Virus record (IMG/VR): IMGVR_UViG_3300042509_002293
Coordinates: 32,080-96,079 of that record
Source of the DNA: a virus
DNA length: 64,000 nucleotides
Direction: 5' to 3' (one strand)
Each line of letters opens with the position of its first letter. Positions within the stretch are counted from its first letter, which is position 1. Below, one piece after another: positions 53,373 through 63,103 of the stretch. Under the pieces are notes generated by a model that worked only from the letters and a program-made list of their open reading frames with translations, had not been told where the DNA came from and ran no database searches. Both the position numbers and the translations under genes were made by a program.

Positions 53373-54331
53373 GCCTCGAAGACCTCCGCAGCCACGACGT
53401 CGACCTGATCCTTCCCCCGGACCCAGAGTTCGCCGAAGAGTACGCCCGGCGTGTGGCCCTGGGGCGAGAGGCGGCCAAGCGAAGATCGGTGGCCTTCGTG
53501 GCCATCTGCCGCAATGCGATGCCGTTCCTGCCGTTCACGCTGGACCGTGTCGAGCAGGCGGGCCAGATGTTCCGCGAGTCCTGCACCTTCATCTACGAGA
53601 ACGACTCTGCCGACGACACGAAGGAGTGGTTGACACACTGGAGCAAGCAAGGAGACGGCAACCGGTTTATCTCACTGCGGGACAACGGCAGGCCACACCT
53701 CAACTTCTCGAAGGCCGCTGAGCGGACGATCGCTCTGGCCGAGTACCGCAACCAGTGCCGGCTCTGGGTGGCCGAGAACACGTCCGCCGACTACGTCGTC
53801 GTGTTCGACACAGACCCGTGGGGCGGATTCAGTGTCGACGGAATCGCCAACACGATCGGCCACCTCGAAGACTTCGACGACTACTCGAACGCCTCGGGCA
53901 TGGCGAGCTACTCGTGGTGCGAGTGGGGGCCGCCTGTGTGGCAGCAGCCGACTCTGTGCCACTACGACGGCTGGGCGTTCAGGTGGACGTGGTGGAAGGA
54001 GCGGCAGGACATGCTCTGGTTCCATCTCTGGCATCCGCCGGTGGGTTCTCGGCCGATCCGAGTGAACTCGGCGTTCGGCCAGCTTGCCGTCTACCGGGGA
54101 GCGGACTTCGTCGGGGGCGAGTACCGAGGAGGGGATTGTGAACACGTTCCTTTTCATAGGTCGCTGGGGGGGGACCTGTACCTAAACCCGTCGAGTCGGG
54201 TTGTTTCCTTTTGGGTTCCGAATGAGCGGAAAGAGAGTGAAGGTCGTCGTCTGCACGGCGACGTTCACGAAGATGTGGTTGGCAGGGACGCCGACCCGGA
54301 TCATCGCAGAGACTCTGAGGATCACGGCTGA
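53357..54331 (+). CDS. Putative GT-A glycosyltransferase (CAP59-like)
   Basis: YENDSADDT, LAEYRN, VFDTD, VNSAFG.LAVY, CEHV.FH. Confidence 0.72.
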   Translation: MQIQLSLEDLRSHDVDLILPPDPEFAEEYARRVALGREAAKRRSVAFVAICRNAMPFLPFTLDRVEQAGQMFRESCTFIYENDSADDTKEWLTHWSKQGDGNRFISLRDNGRPHLNFSKAAERTIALAEYRNQCRLWVAENTSADYVVVFDTDPWGGFSVDGIANTIGHLEDFDDYSNASGMASYSWCEWGPPVWQQPTLCHYDGWAFRWTWWKERQDMLWFHLWHPPVGSRPIRVNSAFGQLAVYRGADFVGGEYRGGDCEHVPFHRSLGGDLYLNPSSRVVSFWVPNERKESEGRRLHGDVHEDVVGRDADPDHRRDSEDHG

Positions 54332-54614
54332 CCGCTGCGACGCCACGCGACGCAGCCTGAAGCTCCCCCCACGAGAAAGCTGGCACGGCTCCAAGTCCGG
54401 AAAGCGGGTCGCCTACCTGCCCTCCGAGGAGGAAATCCGGCAAAAGTGCCTGGAGTTTCAGGCAGGCTGGAGCGAGGAGGAGCGTGCCCGAAGGCGGGTC
54501 GGGTGGAAGCCCGAGCCGGATCCGGTCGAGACCCGCGTGTACCCGGACGTGATTTTCGAGGTCCAGGGCGACGCGACCGGGTTCCTCGAAGGGTTGATCG
54601 ACTCTTCGGGTTGA
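54222..54614 (+). CDS. GcrA-like HTH protein
   Basis: FTKMWLAG..IAETL..LKLPPR..PSEEEIRQ..WSEEERARR. Confidence 0.65.
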   Translation: MSGKRVKVVVCTATFTKMWLAGTPTRIIAETLRITADRCDATRRSLKLPPRESWHGSKSGKRVAYLPSEEEIRQKCLEFQAGWSEEERARRRVGWKPEPDPVETRVYPDVIFEVQGDATGFLEGLIDSSG

Positions 54615-54668
54615 TTGCAGTCCGGTGGTAGCTTGCAGGTAGGCAGGCGACAGCAAGGACGCAGTTTT

Positions 54669-54947
54669 ATGCCCGAGTACGGCGCGAGCAACCTTTCGGT
54701 CTGGGACAAGATCCGTCTGGTCCAGGAGTGGTATCCGGTCGTCACGTTCGTCCAGGCGGTTCTGGCGACCCCAGACCACCATGCGAAGGCGGTCGTGGTC
54801 GCCGACGCCTGCGAGTGGGTGGCCTCGAAGACCCAGACCAAGGTCGACGATGAGCTTGTCGGCCACCTGACCGCCATCCTGCGGTCCCCGCAGGGCGAGT
54901 CTCTCCTGCGGTGGGTCATGGCGAAGATCAACGAAGGGGTTAAGTGA
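54669..54947 (+). CDS. Hypothetical protein
   Basis: KTQTKVDDELV motif; AAGGA SD. Confidence 0.65.
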   Translation: MPEYGASNLSVWDKIRLVQEWYPVVTFVQAVLATPDHHAKAVVVADACEWVASKTQTKVDDELVGHLTAILRSPQGESLLRWVMAKINEGVK

Positions 54948-55207
54948 TGGCGGACTATGCGGTCCTGGTTCGCGTTGCCGCCCTGGTGGCGGCGGTTGCT
55001 GTCGTGGCGGGCCCCTGGCTGGTGGCAGCCGCCCGCTCGGTCAGGCTCCCGTCGCGACCGGCGGCCAAGACGCCGGACACGCTCGTGGACGCCCACACGG
55101 TCCTGGAGATTGCCAGCCGACTGAAGTCGGCCGGCAACTCCCGTGGTGTCGAACTGTGCCAGCAACTGATCGACGTGATGCTCCAGCCTTCGGAGCCGGA
55201 CGCGTGA
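54947..55207 (+). CDS. Membrane protein
   Basis: N-terminal TM helix. Confidence 0.6.
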   Translation: MADYAVLVRVAALVAAVAVVAGPWLVAAARSVRLPSRPAAKTPDTLVDAHTVLEIASRLKSAGNSRGVELCQQLIDVMLQPSEPDA

Positions 55208-55680
55208 AATACCGCACCGCTGTGGCGGCACTCCTCCTGGCTGTGGCGTTTTTCGGGGTCCCCGAGGTCAAGCCCCGCAGCGTCGCCGTCTACGCCATTC
55301 CGGAGCCATCCAGCGACATGAAGGCCACGGTCCAGCCCATCGTCAAGGTCGTGTCGAGCATGAATGCGATCGACCGGCTTTGGCTTCAGAACATCTACCT
55401 GAACTGCGCCCGGGTGGTCGAGGCCGACGGGATCGTCGACGAGCCGACCATCACGAGCACGGACGGACTCCGGGCCGTCCATGTCGCCGTGTTGGCATTC
55501 ATCTGGAAGGGGATGGCCGACAACTCCCCGGAGAAGTACCCGAGACTGGCCGAGGCCATCGACTCCGCGTTGAACTCTTGCGTCTCGGAGGACTCGCGTC
55601 AGATCACCCCGGAACTGCGGCGACGCGCTGCCGATCTCTACCGGGCAATCGCATGGGCGGGGCTTGGAAAGGACGCGTAA
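55204..55680 (+). CDS. Secreted/membrane-anchored protein
   Basis: N-terminal signal/TM segment. Confidence 0.6.
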   Translation: MKYRTAVAALLLAVAFFGVPEVKPRSVAVYAIPEPSSDMKATVQPIVKVVSSMNAIDRLWLQNIYLNCARVVEADGIVDEPTITSTDGLRAVHVAVLAFIWKGMADNSPEKYPRLAEAIDSALNSCVSEDSRQITPELRRRAADLYRAIAWAGLGKDA

Positions 55681-56619
55681 ATGGCCGCGATCCTCAGGCC
55701 TACGGGATACGTCCCGAACCCGAAGGCCGCTGAGAAGTACGTCTCTAGCCTCCGGTGGCCAACTCTGGCCGAGGCTGGCCCGGACCTCAAGGCGAACGAC
55801 AACGCCGACGTTGTCCTCTGGCCTGCCATCATTCGAGTCAGGCCCAGCTACTCGCGGGTAGCCCAGGCCATCGGCTCGTGCGTCGGGCATGGGTTCGCAG
55901 GATGCGTCGACGCCCTGTCCTGCACGGAGATCGTCGTCCACGGCGAGCCCGAGGACTGGCCGGGCCGATGCCTGGAAGCGTCGATTTATGCGTTGTCGCG
56001 ATGCGAGGCCAGGGGGCTGAAGCGAAACTACGGGGGCGACGGGAGCTATGGGGCCGCCGCCGCCGAGGCCGTGACCAAGTGGGGCTGCCTTCACTACGAC
56101 GTCGACTACAACGGCACCAAATTCACCGAATACTCCGGAACCCGGGAGAAGCAGTGGGGATCGTCGGGGCTCCCTGACGAGCTTGAGCCGTTCGCGAAGC
56201 AGCGGGTCGTCCAGACCGCCACGCTCGTCGAGAACTTCGAGCAACTCTGCAAGGCGATCTCGAACGGTTACCCGGTCGCCCAGGCAAGCGTTCAGGGCTT
56301 CGTTTTCAAGAGGGACGAGGACGGATTCTGCCGGCCCAACAATGCCGGGTGGGCCCACTGCACCTGCTTCATCGGAAAAAGAATGGGCAAGCGTCCTGGA
56401 GCGCTCTACTGGCAGTCCTGGGGTCCGAGGAGCAACTCGGGCCCTCACTACTCGGGCGTGCCCGGGAAAGAGATGCACCCGGCATTCGCCGGATGCACGT
56501 TCTGGGTCGACGCCGCCACCGTCAACTCGATGCTCCGCCAGCGTGACAGCTACGCATTGTCTGGATATCAGGGCTTTCCGGCCCGCAAGCTGCCCCGCTG
56601 GACTGGAGGCATCCTGTGA
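55681..56619 (+). CDS. Papain-like (C1) cysteine peptidase
   Basis: Q.IGSCVGH (Cys), WAHC (His), WQSWG. Confidence 0.75.
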   Translation: MAAILRPTGYVPNPKAAEKYVSSLRWPTLAEAGPDLKANDNADVVLWPAIIRVRPSYSRVAQAIGSCVGHGFAGCVDALSCTEIVVHGEPEDWPGRCLEASIYALSRCEARGLKRNYGGDGSYGAAAAEAVTKWGCLHYDVDYNGTKFTEYSGTREKQWGSSGLPDELEPFAKQRVVQTATLVENFEQLCKAISNGYPVAQASVQGFVFKRDEDGFCRPNNAGWAHCTCFIGKRMGKRPGALYWQSWGPRSNSGPHYSGVPGKEMHPAFAGCTFWVDAATVNSMLRQRDSYALSGYQGFPARKLPRWTGGIL

Positions 56620-56876
56620 TTCGAGTCGCGTGTCTCGCGTTGCTCTTGATCGCCGGCTGCGGTCGCCCCGCCCAGGAGCCGGACGCAGCCCTGTGTGAGT
56701 GTTTCGCCGATGCCGCCTTTGCGGCGGTCAAGGCGAAGAACTCCCCGGCCCCGTCGCCGGAGGAGAAATGCTGCGGGAAATGCGGCGGCACCGGGCGGGT
56801 CCGCAGCGGAGACAACCAGTCCTGGGTGGCCTGCCCGTGCCCGGACTCGTGCCCTTGCAAGCAGGGGAAGCCATGA
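56616..56876 (+). CDS. Lipoprotein with CxxCxGxG Zn finger
   Basis: Lipobox LIAGC; CGKCGGTG...CPC. Confidence 0.65.
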   Translation: MIRVACLALLLIAGCGRPAQEPDAALCECFADAAFAAVKAKNSPAPSPEEKCCGKCGGTGRVRSGDNQSWVACPCPDSCPCKQGKP

Positions 56877-57241
56877 CGCCCAGGGACGTGCGTGACCAGA
56901 TATGGAGAGAGTTGCCACTGGTCAGGAGGCACCTCGTCGGCAGGTCTCGCGTGGACGACCTCATCGAGGTTGCAATCGATCAGGCTCCGGTCGACCTGCT
57001 CCGGCATGTCGCGGGCAACCAGCACGGGAAGGACGTCGTGCTGGCGGCCTGGGGCCAGAACTCGAAGCGGGGCTACGTCCTGATTCGCGAGTCGTCTGAC
57101 GAGAAGGCATTCGGGCCACTGTTCTGGATTCTCTTGAGCCCGGTCCTGCAACTCATCCTCAGCAAGCTGTTGGACTGGTATTTCCGATCGCCGCAGAACG
57201 CGGTCTTAATGAGGGCCTGGAAGGAGGGCCGCTGGAAGTGA
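56873..57241 (+). CDS. Membrane protein
   Basis: C-terminal hydrophobic helix FGPLFWILLSPVLQLIL. Confidence 0.6.
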   Translation: MTPRDVRDQIWRELPLVRRHLVGRSRVDDLIEVAIDQAPVDLLRHVAGNQHGKDVVLAAWGQNSKRGYVLIRESSDEKAFGPLFWILLSPVLQLILSKLLDWYFRSPQNAVLMRAWKEGRWK

Positions 57242-57537
57242 CAGACGAAACGAAGCAGAGCATTTTGGATTTCTCCCTGAGGGTCGCCGAGCGTTTCGGG
57301 GTCCCGGTCGTGATTCTGGCGGCCGTTTTGTGGATGGCCAGGGACGTCGCAACTTCGGTTCACCAGACCGTAATCGTTCCAATGGTCGAGAGCCACACGC
57401 AGTTCCTGGAGTCGACGTCCCAGACTCTCCACGAGCTTGGAAAGACCCAGGACCAGCAGTCGGAGACCCTGAAGGAGTTGGCCGCCGGCCAGCGTGAGAT
57501 TCAACACGCCCTGACGGGCGGCAAGGAGAGCAAATGA
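57238..57537 (+). CDS. Holin-like single-TM protein
   Basis: ERFGVPVVILAAVLWM followed by coiled coil. Confidence 0.5.
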   Translation: MTDETKQSILDFSLRVAERFGVPVVILAAVLWMARDVATSVHQTVIVPMVESHTQFLESTSQTLHELGKTQDQQSETLKELAAGQREIQHALTGGKESK

Positions 57538-57812
57538 TCGCGAGCGTTTCGGTGGGCACGACGGAGACCGAGGTCCTTCCGGTGCCGGTTGGCAAGCCCT
57601 ACTCGTTCATCGCCCTTGGGAACAACGGCACTGCGACCGCCTATCTCAAGCTGGTCCCGGACTCCACGCCCGTGACGACCAGCACCGGAATTCCGCTGCC
57701 AGCCGGGGCGTCGATCCTCTGCGACCAGGACATGCAGAAGGAGTTGTTCCACGGCCGGGTGACGGCGATCGTCGGCAGCGGCAGCACCACGCTCTCGGTC
57801 CAAGCCTTCTGA
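57534..57812 (+). CDS. Small beta-rich virion protein
   Basis: N.G..AYL..TGIPLPAG pattern. Confidence 0.55.
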   Translation: MIASVSVGTTETEVLPVPVGKPYSFIALGNNGTATAYLKLVPDSTPVTTSTGIPLPAGASILCDQDMQKELFHGRVTAIVGSGSTTLSVQAF

Positions 57813-57823
57813 AAGGTCAGCGA

Positions 57824-58198
57824 ATGCCAATCTACATCTCATACTCGCCGGGGAGCGGCAGCGGTGGCGGTGCCGCCCCGCAGGTTGCCTCACTAGCCAG
57901 CGGATCGACCATCACGACAAACGCCAGCGACGCCGACATCTTCGAGGTCACGCTCGCCGAAAATGCGACGCTCGCGAATCCCACCAACGGGGTCGACGGG
58001 CAGACGGTCCGCTGGAGGATCCGACAAGACTCGACCGGCTCCAGGGCGGTGACGCTGGGCAACAAGTTTGTCGTTCCGTCGACCGCCACCTCGCCCCTGC
58101 CGTTCAGTACGGCAGCAAACAAGATGGACGTCCTCGCTGCCACATACCACCAGGGCCGCGACAAGTGGGACGTCGTCGCCTTCGTTCCAGGATACTAA
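57824..58198 (+). CDS. Tail-fibre C-terminal-like domain protein
   Basis: TLANPTNGVDGQ..IRQDSTGSR..STAANKMD. Confidence 0.65.
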   Translation: MPIYISYSPGSGSGGGAAPQVASLASGSTITTNASDADIFEVTLAENATLANPTNGVDGQTVRWRIRQDSTGSRAVTLGNKFVVPSTATSPLPFSTAANKMDVLAATYHQGRDKWDVVAFVPGY

Positions 58199-58201
58199 AG
58201 C

Positions 58202-59800
58202 ATGGCTGACCTTTCGGGCCGCACGCCGATCTACGTCCGCACGACCGGCAATGACACGACCGGCAACGGTTCGCTATCTACTCCGTTTGCGACGCCGCAG
58301 CGAGCCTTCGAGGCGGCCTACTGGGATGCCAACGCCAAGCCCCACTTAGGCCTGACGACGATCACGGTAGACGTGCAAGACGACGTCTATGTCGTGGAAG
58401 GCACGTTTTACGCCGCGAACGCGGCCGCCTACTCGTTTGAAGCGGACGCGTCGACGTCTGGTGGGCTTTCTAATCTTGCGTTCGCCGTGGTCATTGCCAG
58501 CGCGATCAAAGCCGCGTGCTCGGTTGCGGTAGAAATTGAAGACATCGTCGGCGGAGAGGACGCTCCGGCGACGATCTACATTCGGAACAAAGAGTTCGAT
58601 ACCGGAACCAACCGCACGCCGCCGTCCATTACGGCAGGCGGAGTGTCGGCCACGCTGGCCTACACGACCAGCACAATAGATCCCGTGGTGGATACGGCGA
58701 GCTATGTGCTCGATCTGGGGGCGGGCACGTTTGGGGGCGTGAATCTTTACGACGCGCACGCCACCGAGTGGCCGTCCCGCATCGCCGTGCGTGGCGCGGG
58801 AAAGACAAGCTCGTTACTCGGGGGCGTCAACGCGTCTTCGCGAGATGTCTTCGCGGTTGAAGTTGTCAGTTACAACTACGTCGTGCACCTTGACACTGTT
58901 CCGCCGTGTGAAGTTGCCATCGTGAGCAACAAGACCGTCAATCTGGGGGACGTCACGGCGCACGGCGGGTATGTCTCTGACACCTGGGGCGGTATCACGG
59001 GCGTGACACCCAGGCAGGGCGAGAACATCACGCTCACAGACTGCGTGGCCGGGGATCTGTCCAACGGCGGCACTTACGGACATTACGAGGCGCCCGGCGG
59101 CGGATCCGGCAATTACCCCGGCTCAGGCACGGTGACGCTGACGGGTTGCGAGGCGGGCGATATTACGACCACAAGCTACGGCGGGTTGTGGTCGTACGCC
59201 GGGTTGAACGGATCAGGAAGCGTGACCGTCACGGGCAGCACTGTTGGTGAGATTACGACTCAGGCCGTCGGCTCCGACTCCAACCAGTATTATTTTGGCT
59301 CGTCGGGCCACGTCACCGTGACCAATAGCGCGGTCGGCAATATTGACGCACAAATTGGCGCCTCCGCCGCATACGCCGGCGGCTTCGCGGTGCCGGTTGG
59401 CGACGGCGGCGACGTCACGGTCACGAACAGCACCGTTGGAAATATTTTAACCGGAGAGCCGAGCGCTGTTGTGAGTTGGAGCTACAAGGCCGACGGCGGC
59501 AACGTGACTGTGTCGTCGTCAACTGTTGGCAATATCAACACAGTCGGCACGGACACAGAAAATCAAAACGGAATTGTGCCATCACACTCCGGCGACGTCA
59601 CGATTTCAAACAGTGTGACCGGCAACATCACAGCCAACGGCGGCGCAGACGGCGGCACTGGTGCTCTCGGTATCGGCGGGGTCGTCGAACTGGTCGGTAA
59701 TGTGCCGCTCCCGGGCATCATTCTGTGCGGCGAACTGGACACAACCGCGCTCGACAAGGGTCGCGGCGTCAATGGGTCTTCTATTTTAGGGGTCGTCTAG
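58202..59800 (+). CDS. Beta-helix tailspike/adhesin-like protein
   Basis: IYVRTTGNDTTGNGS..PFAT; repeated G.VTVTNS.VGNI. Confidence 0.7.
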   Translation: MADLSGRTPIYVRTTGNDTTGNGSLSTPFATPQRAFEAAYWDANAKPHLGLTTITVDVQDDVYVVEGTFYAANAAAYSFEADASTSGGLSNLAFAVVIASAIKAACSVAVEIEDIVGGEDAPATIYIRNKEFDTGTNRTPPSITAGGVSATLAYTTSTIDPVVDTASYVLDLGAGTFGGVNLYDAHATEWPSRIAVRGAGKTSSLLGGVNASSRDVFAVEVVSYNYVVHLDTVPPCEVAIVSNKTVNLGDVTAHGGYVSDTWGGITGVTPRQGENITLTDCVAGDLSNGGTYGHYEAPGGGSGNYPGSGTVTLTGCEAGDITTTSYGGLWSYAGLNGSGSVTVTGSTVGEITTQAVGSDSNQYYFGSSGHVTVTNSAVGNIDAQIGASAAYAGGFAVPVGDGGDVTVTNSTVGNILTGEPSAVVSWSYKADGGNVTVSSSTVGNINTVGTDTENQNGIVPSHSGDVTISNSVTGNITANGGADGGTGALGIGGVVELVGNVPLPGIILCGELDTTALDKGRGVNGSSILGVV

Positions 59801-59801
59801 C

Positions 59802-60089
59802 ATGCAGCTTCCGCAGTCAGTTCAAATCTCATTTCCGGGCAGGGGCAGCGAGCCCGTCACCCGAACCTTCAGCGAACTTCCTCTGACGCTGATCGACGAC
59901 TCGCGGGCTCGTCGCGTCCTCGCTCGGCTGAGCTTCTGCCCGCCGCTCCTGCTCTGGGAGGGCGAGACCTACGACGCCGTTGGAGACTACACGCAGGCCC
60001 AGGCGGAGGCTCGCGTGCTCGAACTGCTTGGTCCAAATCTTCAGACGGCGATAGCCGCCATGTTCGAGGCGGCAAGGCCTGTCAGGTGA
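59802..60089 (+). CDS. Tail-fibre-associated small protein
   Basis: LWEGETYDAVGDYTQAQAEARV. Confidence 0.6.
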   Translation: MQLPQSVQISFPGRGSEPVTRTFSELPLTLIDDSRARRVLARLSFCPPLLLWEGETYDAVGDYTQAQAEARVLELLGPNLQTAIAAMFEAARPVR

Positions 60090-60092
60090 TCT

Positions 60093-60410
60093 ATGGCCCT
60101 CTACAACTCGCTTCCGGGACAACTCAGTCTCCTGATGAAGTCCGGAGACGACTTCGCGGCAACCGTCGACTTCTCCGTGCCAATGACCGGGCACTCGGTC
60201 GCGGCCTCCCTTCATAGCGTCGTCACTGGGCAGCAGGTCGGCACGTTCACGATCACGATGGTGGACGTGGCTGCCGGTAAGGTCGGCATCTCGCTGACGG
60301 ACTCGCAGACCTCGTCGCTGGCCCCGGGGACCTACTCCTGGAGGATGACGAGCGTCCAGGGCTCGACAAACAAGACCTACCTCCAGGGCCACGCAGAGGT
60401 TGTGCGGTGA
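60093..60410 (+). CDS. BppU-like/virion structural protein
   Basis: GDDF..G.V.ISLT..QT..L.PGTY.W..TYLQG. Confidence 0.6.
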   Translation: MALYNSLPGQLSLLMKSGDDFAATVDFSVPMTGHSVAASLHSVVTGQQVGTFTITMVDVAAGKVGISLTDSQTSSLAPGTYSWRMTSVQGSTNKTYLQGHAEVVR

Positions 60411-63103
60411 ATGTCACCTCCGGATCGGAGCAGATCGCTGTCACCGTCAGCGGTGAGGAGATTTCCGCGACCCTATCCGGAGGCGGTATCTCCGCAGAGG
60501 TGACCGGTGGTGCGGGCCCAGTCGGCCCCGCCGGAGTCGTGTACGCCACGCCCCCGGTTTCGTACAACTCCGCGACTCAGACCGTCTCCCTGTCGATCGG
60601 GTCTGGACTGTCAACATCCGGCGGGTCGCTTGTCCTTGCCGCCCACCAGCATGGCATCTCGGACGTCTCCGGGCTCCAGGCGTCCCTCGACAGCAAGCCG
60701 ACGCTCGCGGACGGCCTGATCCCGTCGGCGTACCTCCCGTCCTACGTCGACGACGTCCTGGAGTACGCCTCGCTGGCGGTGATGCCGGCGTCCGGGGAAT
60801 CAGGCAAGGTCTACGTCGCCGCCGACACAGGGAAGACCTACCGGTGGTCTGGAACCACCTACATCGAGATCAGCCCGTCCCCGGGCTCGACCGACAGCGT
60901 CACCGAGGGATCGGTGAACCTGTACCACACGGCGGCCCGAGCGGCGGCGGCGGCCCCGGTGCAGAGCGTTGCCGGAAGAACTGGCGCCGTCACGCTCTCC
61001 GGCTCCGACATCGTGAGCGGAACTCTGTCCGCGTTTCGACTGCCGCTCAGTGGAGCGAGCCCTGGAACGTACACGTCCGTGACCGTGGACTCCTACGGGC
61101 GGGTGACCAGCGGCGGCCTGTATGTGGTGACCTGGGACGGGGTCAGCAACAAGCCGTCGTCGTTCGTGCCCTCCACGCACTTCCACACGGCGTCGCAGAT
61201 TACCGACTTCTCGTCGGCCGTCGTGGCCGCTGCACCGCCGACAACCAACGCCAGCCTGCTCACGTCCGGGACTCTTGCGGATGCGAGGTTGAGCGGAAAC
61301 GTGCCCCTGCTCGTCGGAGGCCTGATTCCTTCCTCGCTCCTGCCTTCCTACGTCGACGACGTTGTCGAGGCGGCGAGTCTGGCCTCATTCCCGGCCACGG
61401 GAGAGGCCGGGAAAATCTACGTCGCCCTGGACTCGAACAAGAATTACCGCTGGTCTGGGAGCGTCTACGTCGAGATCAGCCCCTCGCCCGGCTCGACCGA
61501 CAGTGTCGCCGAGGGGTCGGTCAACCTGTACCACACGACAGCCAGGGCAGCCGCCGCATCGCCAGTCCAGAGCGTCGCGGGGCGGACGGGCTCGATCACG
61601 CTCGGAGTCTCGGACGTCTCGGGGGCGGTCGCGTCTTCCGACTCCAGGCTGTCGGACTCTCGGGAGTGGTCAGCCGAGACTGTCGACCAGTTGGAGGCCG
61701 AGGCCGGGACGTCCACGACTCGCCGGGCGTGGACTGCACAGCGAATCGTCCAGGCCATCGCTGCGTGGTGGTCCGCGTCAGCAGCAAAAACGAAGCTCGA
61801 CGGCATTGCTTCCGGCGCGACGGCGAACTCGACGGATGCCCAGCTTCGTGACCGATCGACGCACACCGGAACGCAGACGGCATCGACGATCTCAGACTTC
61901 ACGACTGCCGTCGTCGCGGCCTCGCCGCCAACGACGGACGCCAGCCTGCTGACGAGCGGAACTGTGTCTGCGGCGAGGTTGCCGGCCGCCACGACCACGA
62001 CGGCCGGTGCGGTCGTCGTCGGCTCTGGGCTGTCTGTCACCAGCGGCACCGTGTCGGCGAACGTCACCAGCGTGGCTGGCCGCACTGGAGCAGTGACGAT
62101 TGCCGCCGCCGACGTCAGCGGGCTGGCTAGTGTGGCAACGAGCGGCGCCTACTCAGACCTGTCCGGGACGCCGTCCGCATACTCATTGCTAACGGCGACC
62201 GGAAGCGTCCTGGGCGGCGTCAAGATCGGCAGCGGCATCACGATCACCGACGGAGTGATCTCCGTCAGCACGAGCTATGCGGCGGCGAGTCACACGCATG
62301 AAGCCAGTTCAATCACTGACTTTTCTGCTGCCGTCGCCGCAGCCTCGCCGGAGGAGGTGGTCGAGTACCTGACTGCCGCAAGTTTTCCGGCCACAGGCAA
62401 CGCCAGCCTGCTCTACATCGCAACTGACGACGGGCGGGCCTACCGCTGGGTTGGATCGCAGTACGCCGAGATCGGCCCTGCTGGGGCGTTCCTGCCCGCT
62501 CACACCCATTCGGCCAGTGACATCACCAGCGGCATCATCGCAACCTCTCTGCTCGGCGGCGGGACGGCGTCGGCGTCGACGTGGCTCAGAGGTGATTCGT
62601 CGTGGCAATCTTTGCCGACAAGTGGCACAAAGACTTTGGCAGTTTTTACCCCGCAAGACAACCAGCCCCCGTCGACGAACTTCGCCACGCTCGACACCCG
62701 AGGGACAGGCATCGCGGTCCTCGACTTCGATGCGGCGACCGACGAGAGCGCCGTGTTTGCCGGCGTGATCCCCGAGGGTGCCACGCTGACCAGCGGGCTC
62801 GTCGTCCGCATCACCTGGATGGCGACCTCGGCGACGAGCGGAAACTGCCGCTGGGGCGTGCAATGGGAGAAGACCGGCACGGACCTCGACTCCGACTCGT
62901 TCGACACGGCTACCGAGGCCACTGGTGCAGCGAACGGGACAAGCGGCATCGAGACGGTCACCTCGATCACGGCGACGGCGATTGACTCACTCGCAGCCGG
63001 GGATCGGTTCCGGCTCAAAGTCTTCCGCAACGCCGACGACGCCACCAATGACACGATGACCGGAGACGCCGAACTGGTCGCCGTGGAAGTGCGGGTGGCG
63101 TGA
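60407..63103 (+). CDS. Long tail fibre with internal duplications
   Basis: LPSYVDDV...G..GK.YVA.D..K.YRWSG..Y.EISPSPG module twice plus a degenerate third copy; VQSVAGRTG repeats; H.H motifs. Confidence 0.8.
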   Translation: MNVTSGSEQIAVTVSGEEISATLSGGGISAEVTGGAGPVGPAGVVYATPPVSYNSATQTVSLSIGSGLSTSGGSLVLAAHQHGISDVSGLQASLDSKPTLADGLIPSAYLPSYVDDVLEYASLAVMPASGESGKVYVAADTGKTYRWSGTTYIEISPSPGSTDSVTEGSVNLYHTAARAAAAAPVQSVAGRTGAVTLSGSDIVSGTLSAFRLPLSGASPGTYTSVTVDSYGRVTSGGLYVVTWDGVSNKPSSFVPSTHFHTASQITDFSSAVVAAAPPTTNASLLTSGTLADARLSGNVPLLVGGLIPSSLLPSYVDDVVEAASLASFPATGEAGKIYVALDSNKNYRWSGSVYVEISPSPGSTDSVAEGSVNLYHTTARAAAASPVQSVAGRTGSITLGVSDVSGAVASSDSRLSDSREWSAETVDQLEAEAGTSTTRRAWTAQRIVQAIAAWWSASAAKTKLDGIASGATANSTDAQLRDRSTHTGTQTASTISDFTTAVVAASPPTTDASLLTSGTVSAARLPAATTTTAGAVVVGSGLSVTSGTVSANVTSVAGRTGAVTIAAADVSGLASVATSGAYSDLSGTPSAYSLLTATGSVLGGVKIGSGITITDGVISVSTSYAAASHTHEASSITDFSAAVAAASPEEVVEYLTAASFPATGNASLLYIATDDGRAYRWVGSQYAEIGPAGAFLPAHTHSASDITSGIIATSLLGGGTASASTWLRGDSSWQSLPTSGTKTLAVFTPQDNQPPSTNFATLDTRGTGIAVLDFDAATDESAVFAGVIPEGATLTSGLVVRITWMATSATSGNCRWGVQWEKTGTDLDSDSFDTATEATGAANGTSGIETVTSITATAIDSLAAGDRFRLKVFRNADDATNDTMTGDAELVAVEVRVA

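Noticed and set aside
60714-61603. Tail-fibre duplication as a DGR template/variable repeat pair
   Set aside because: Both copies are in frame within one gene, differences are not adenine-specific, and no reverse transcriptase is present
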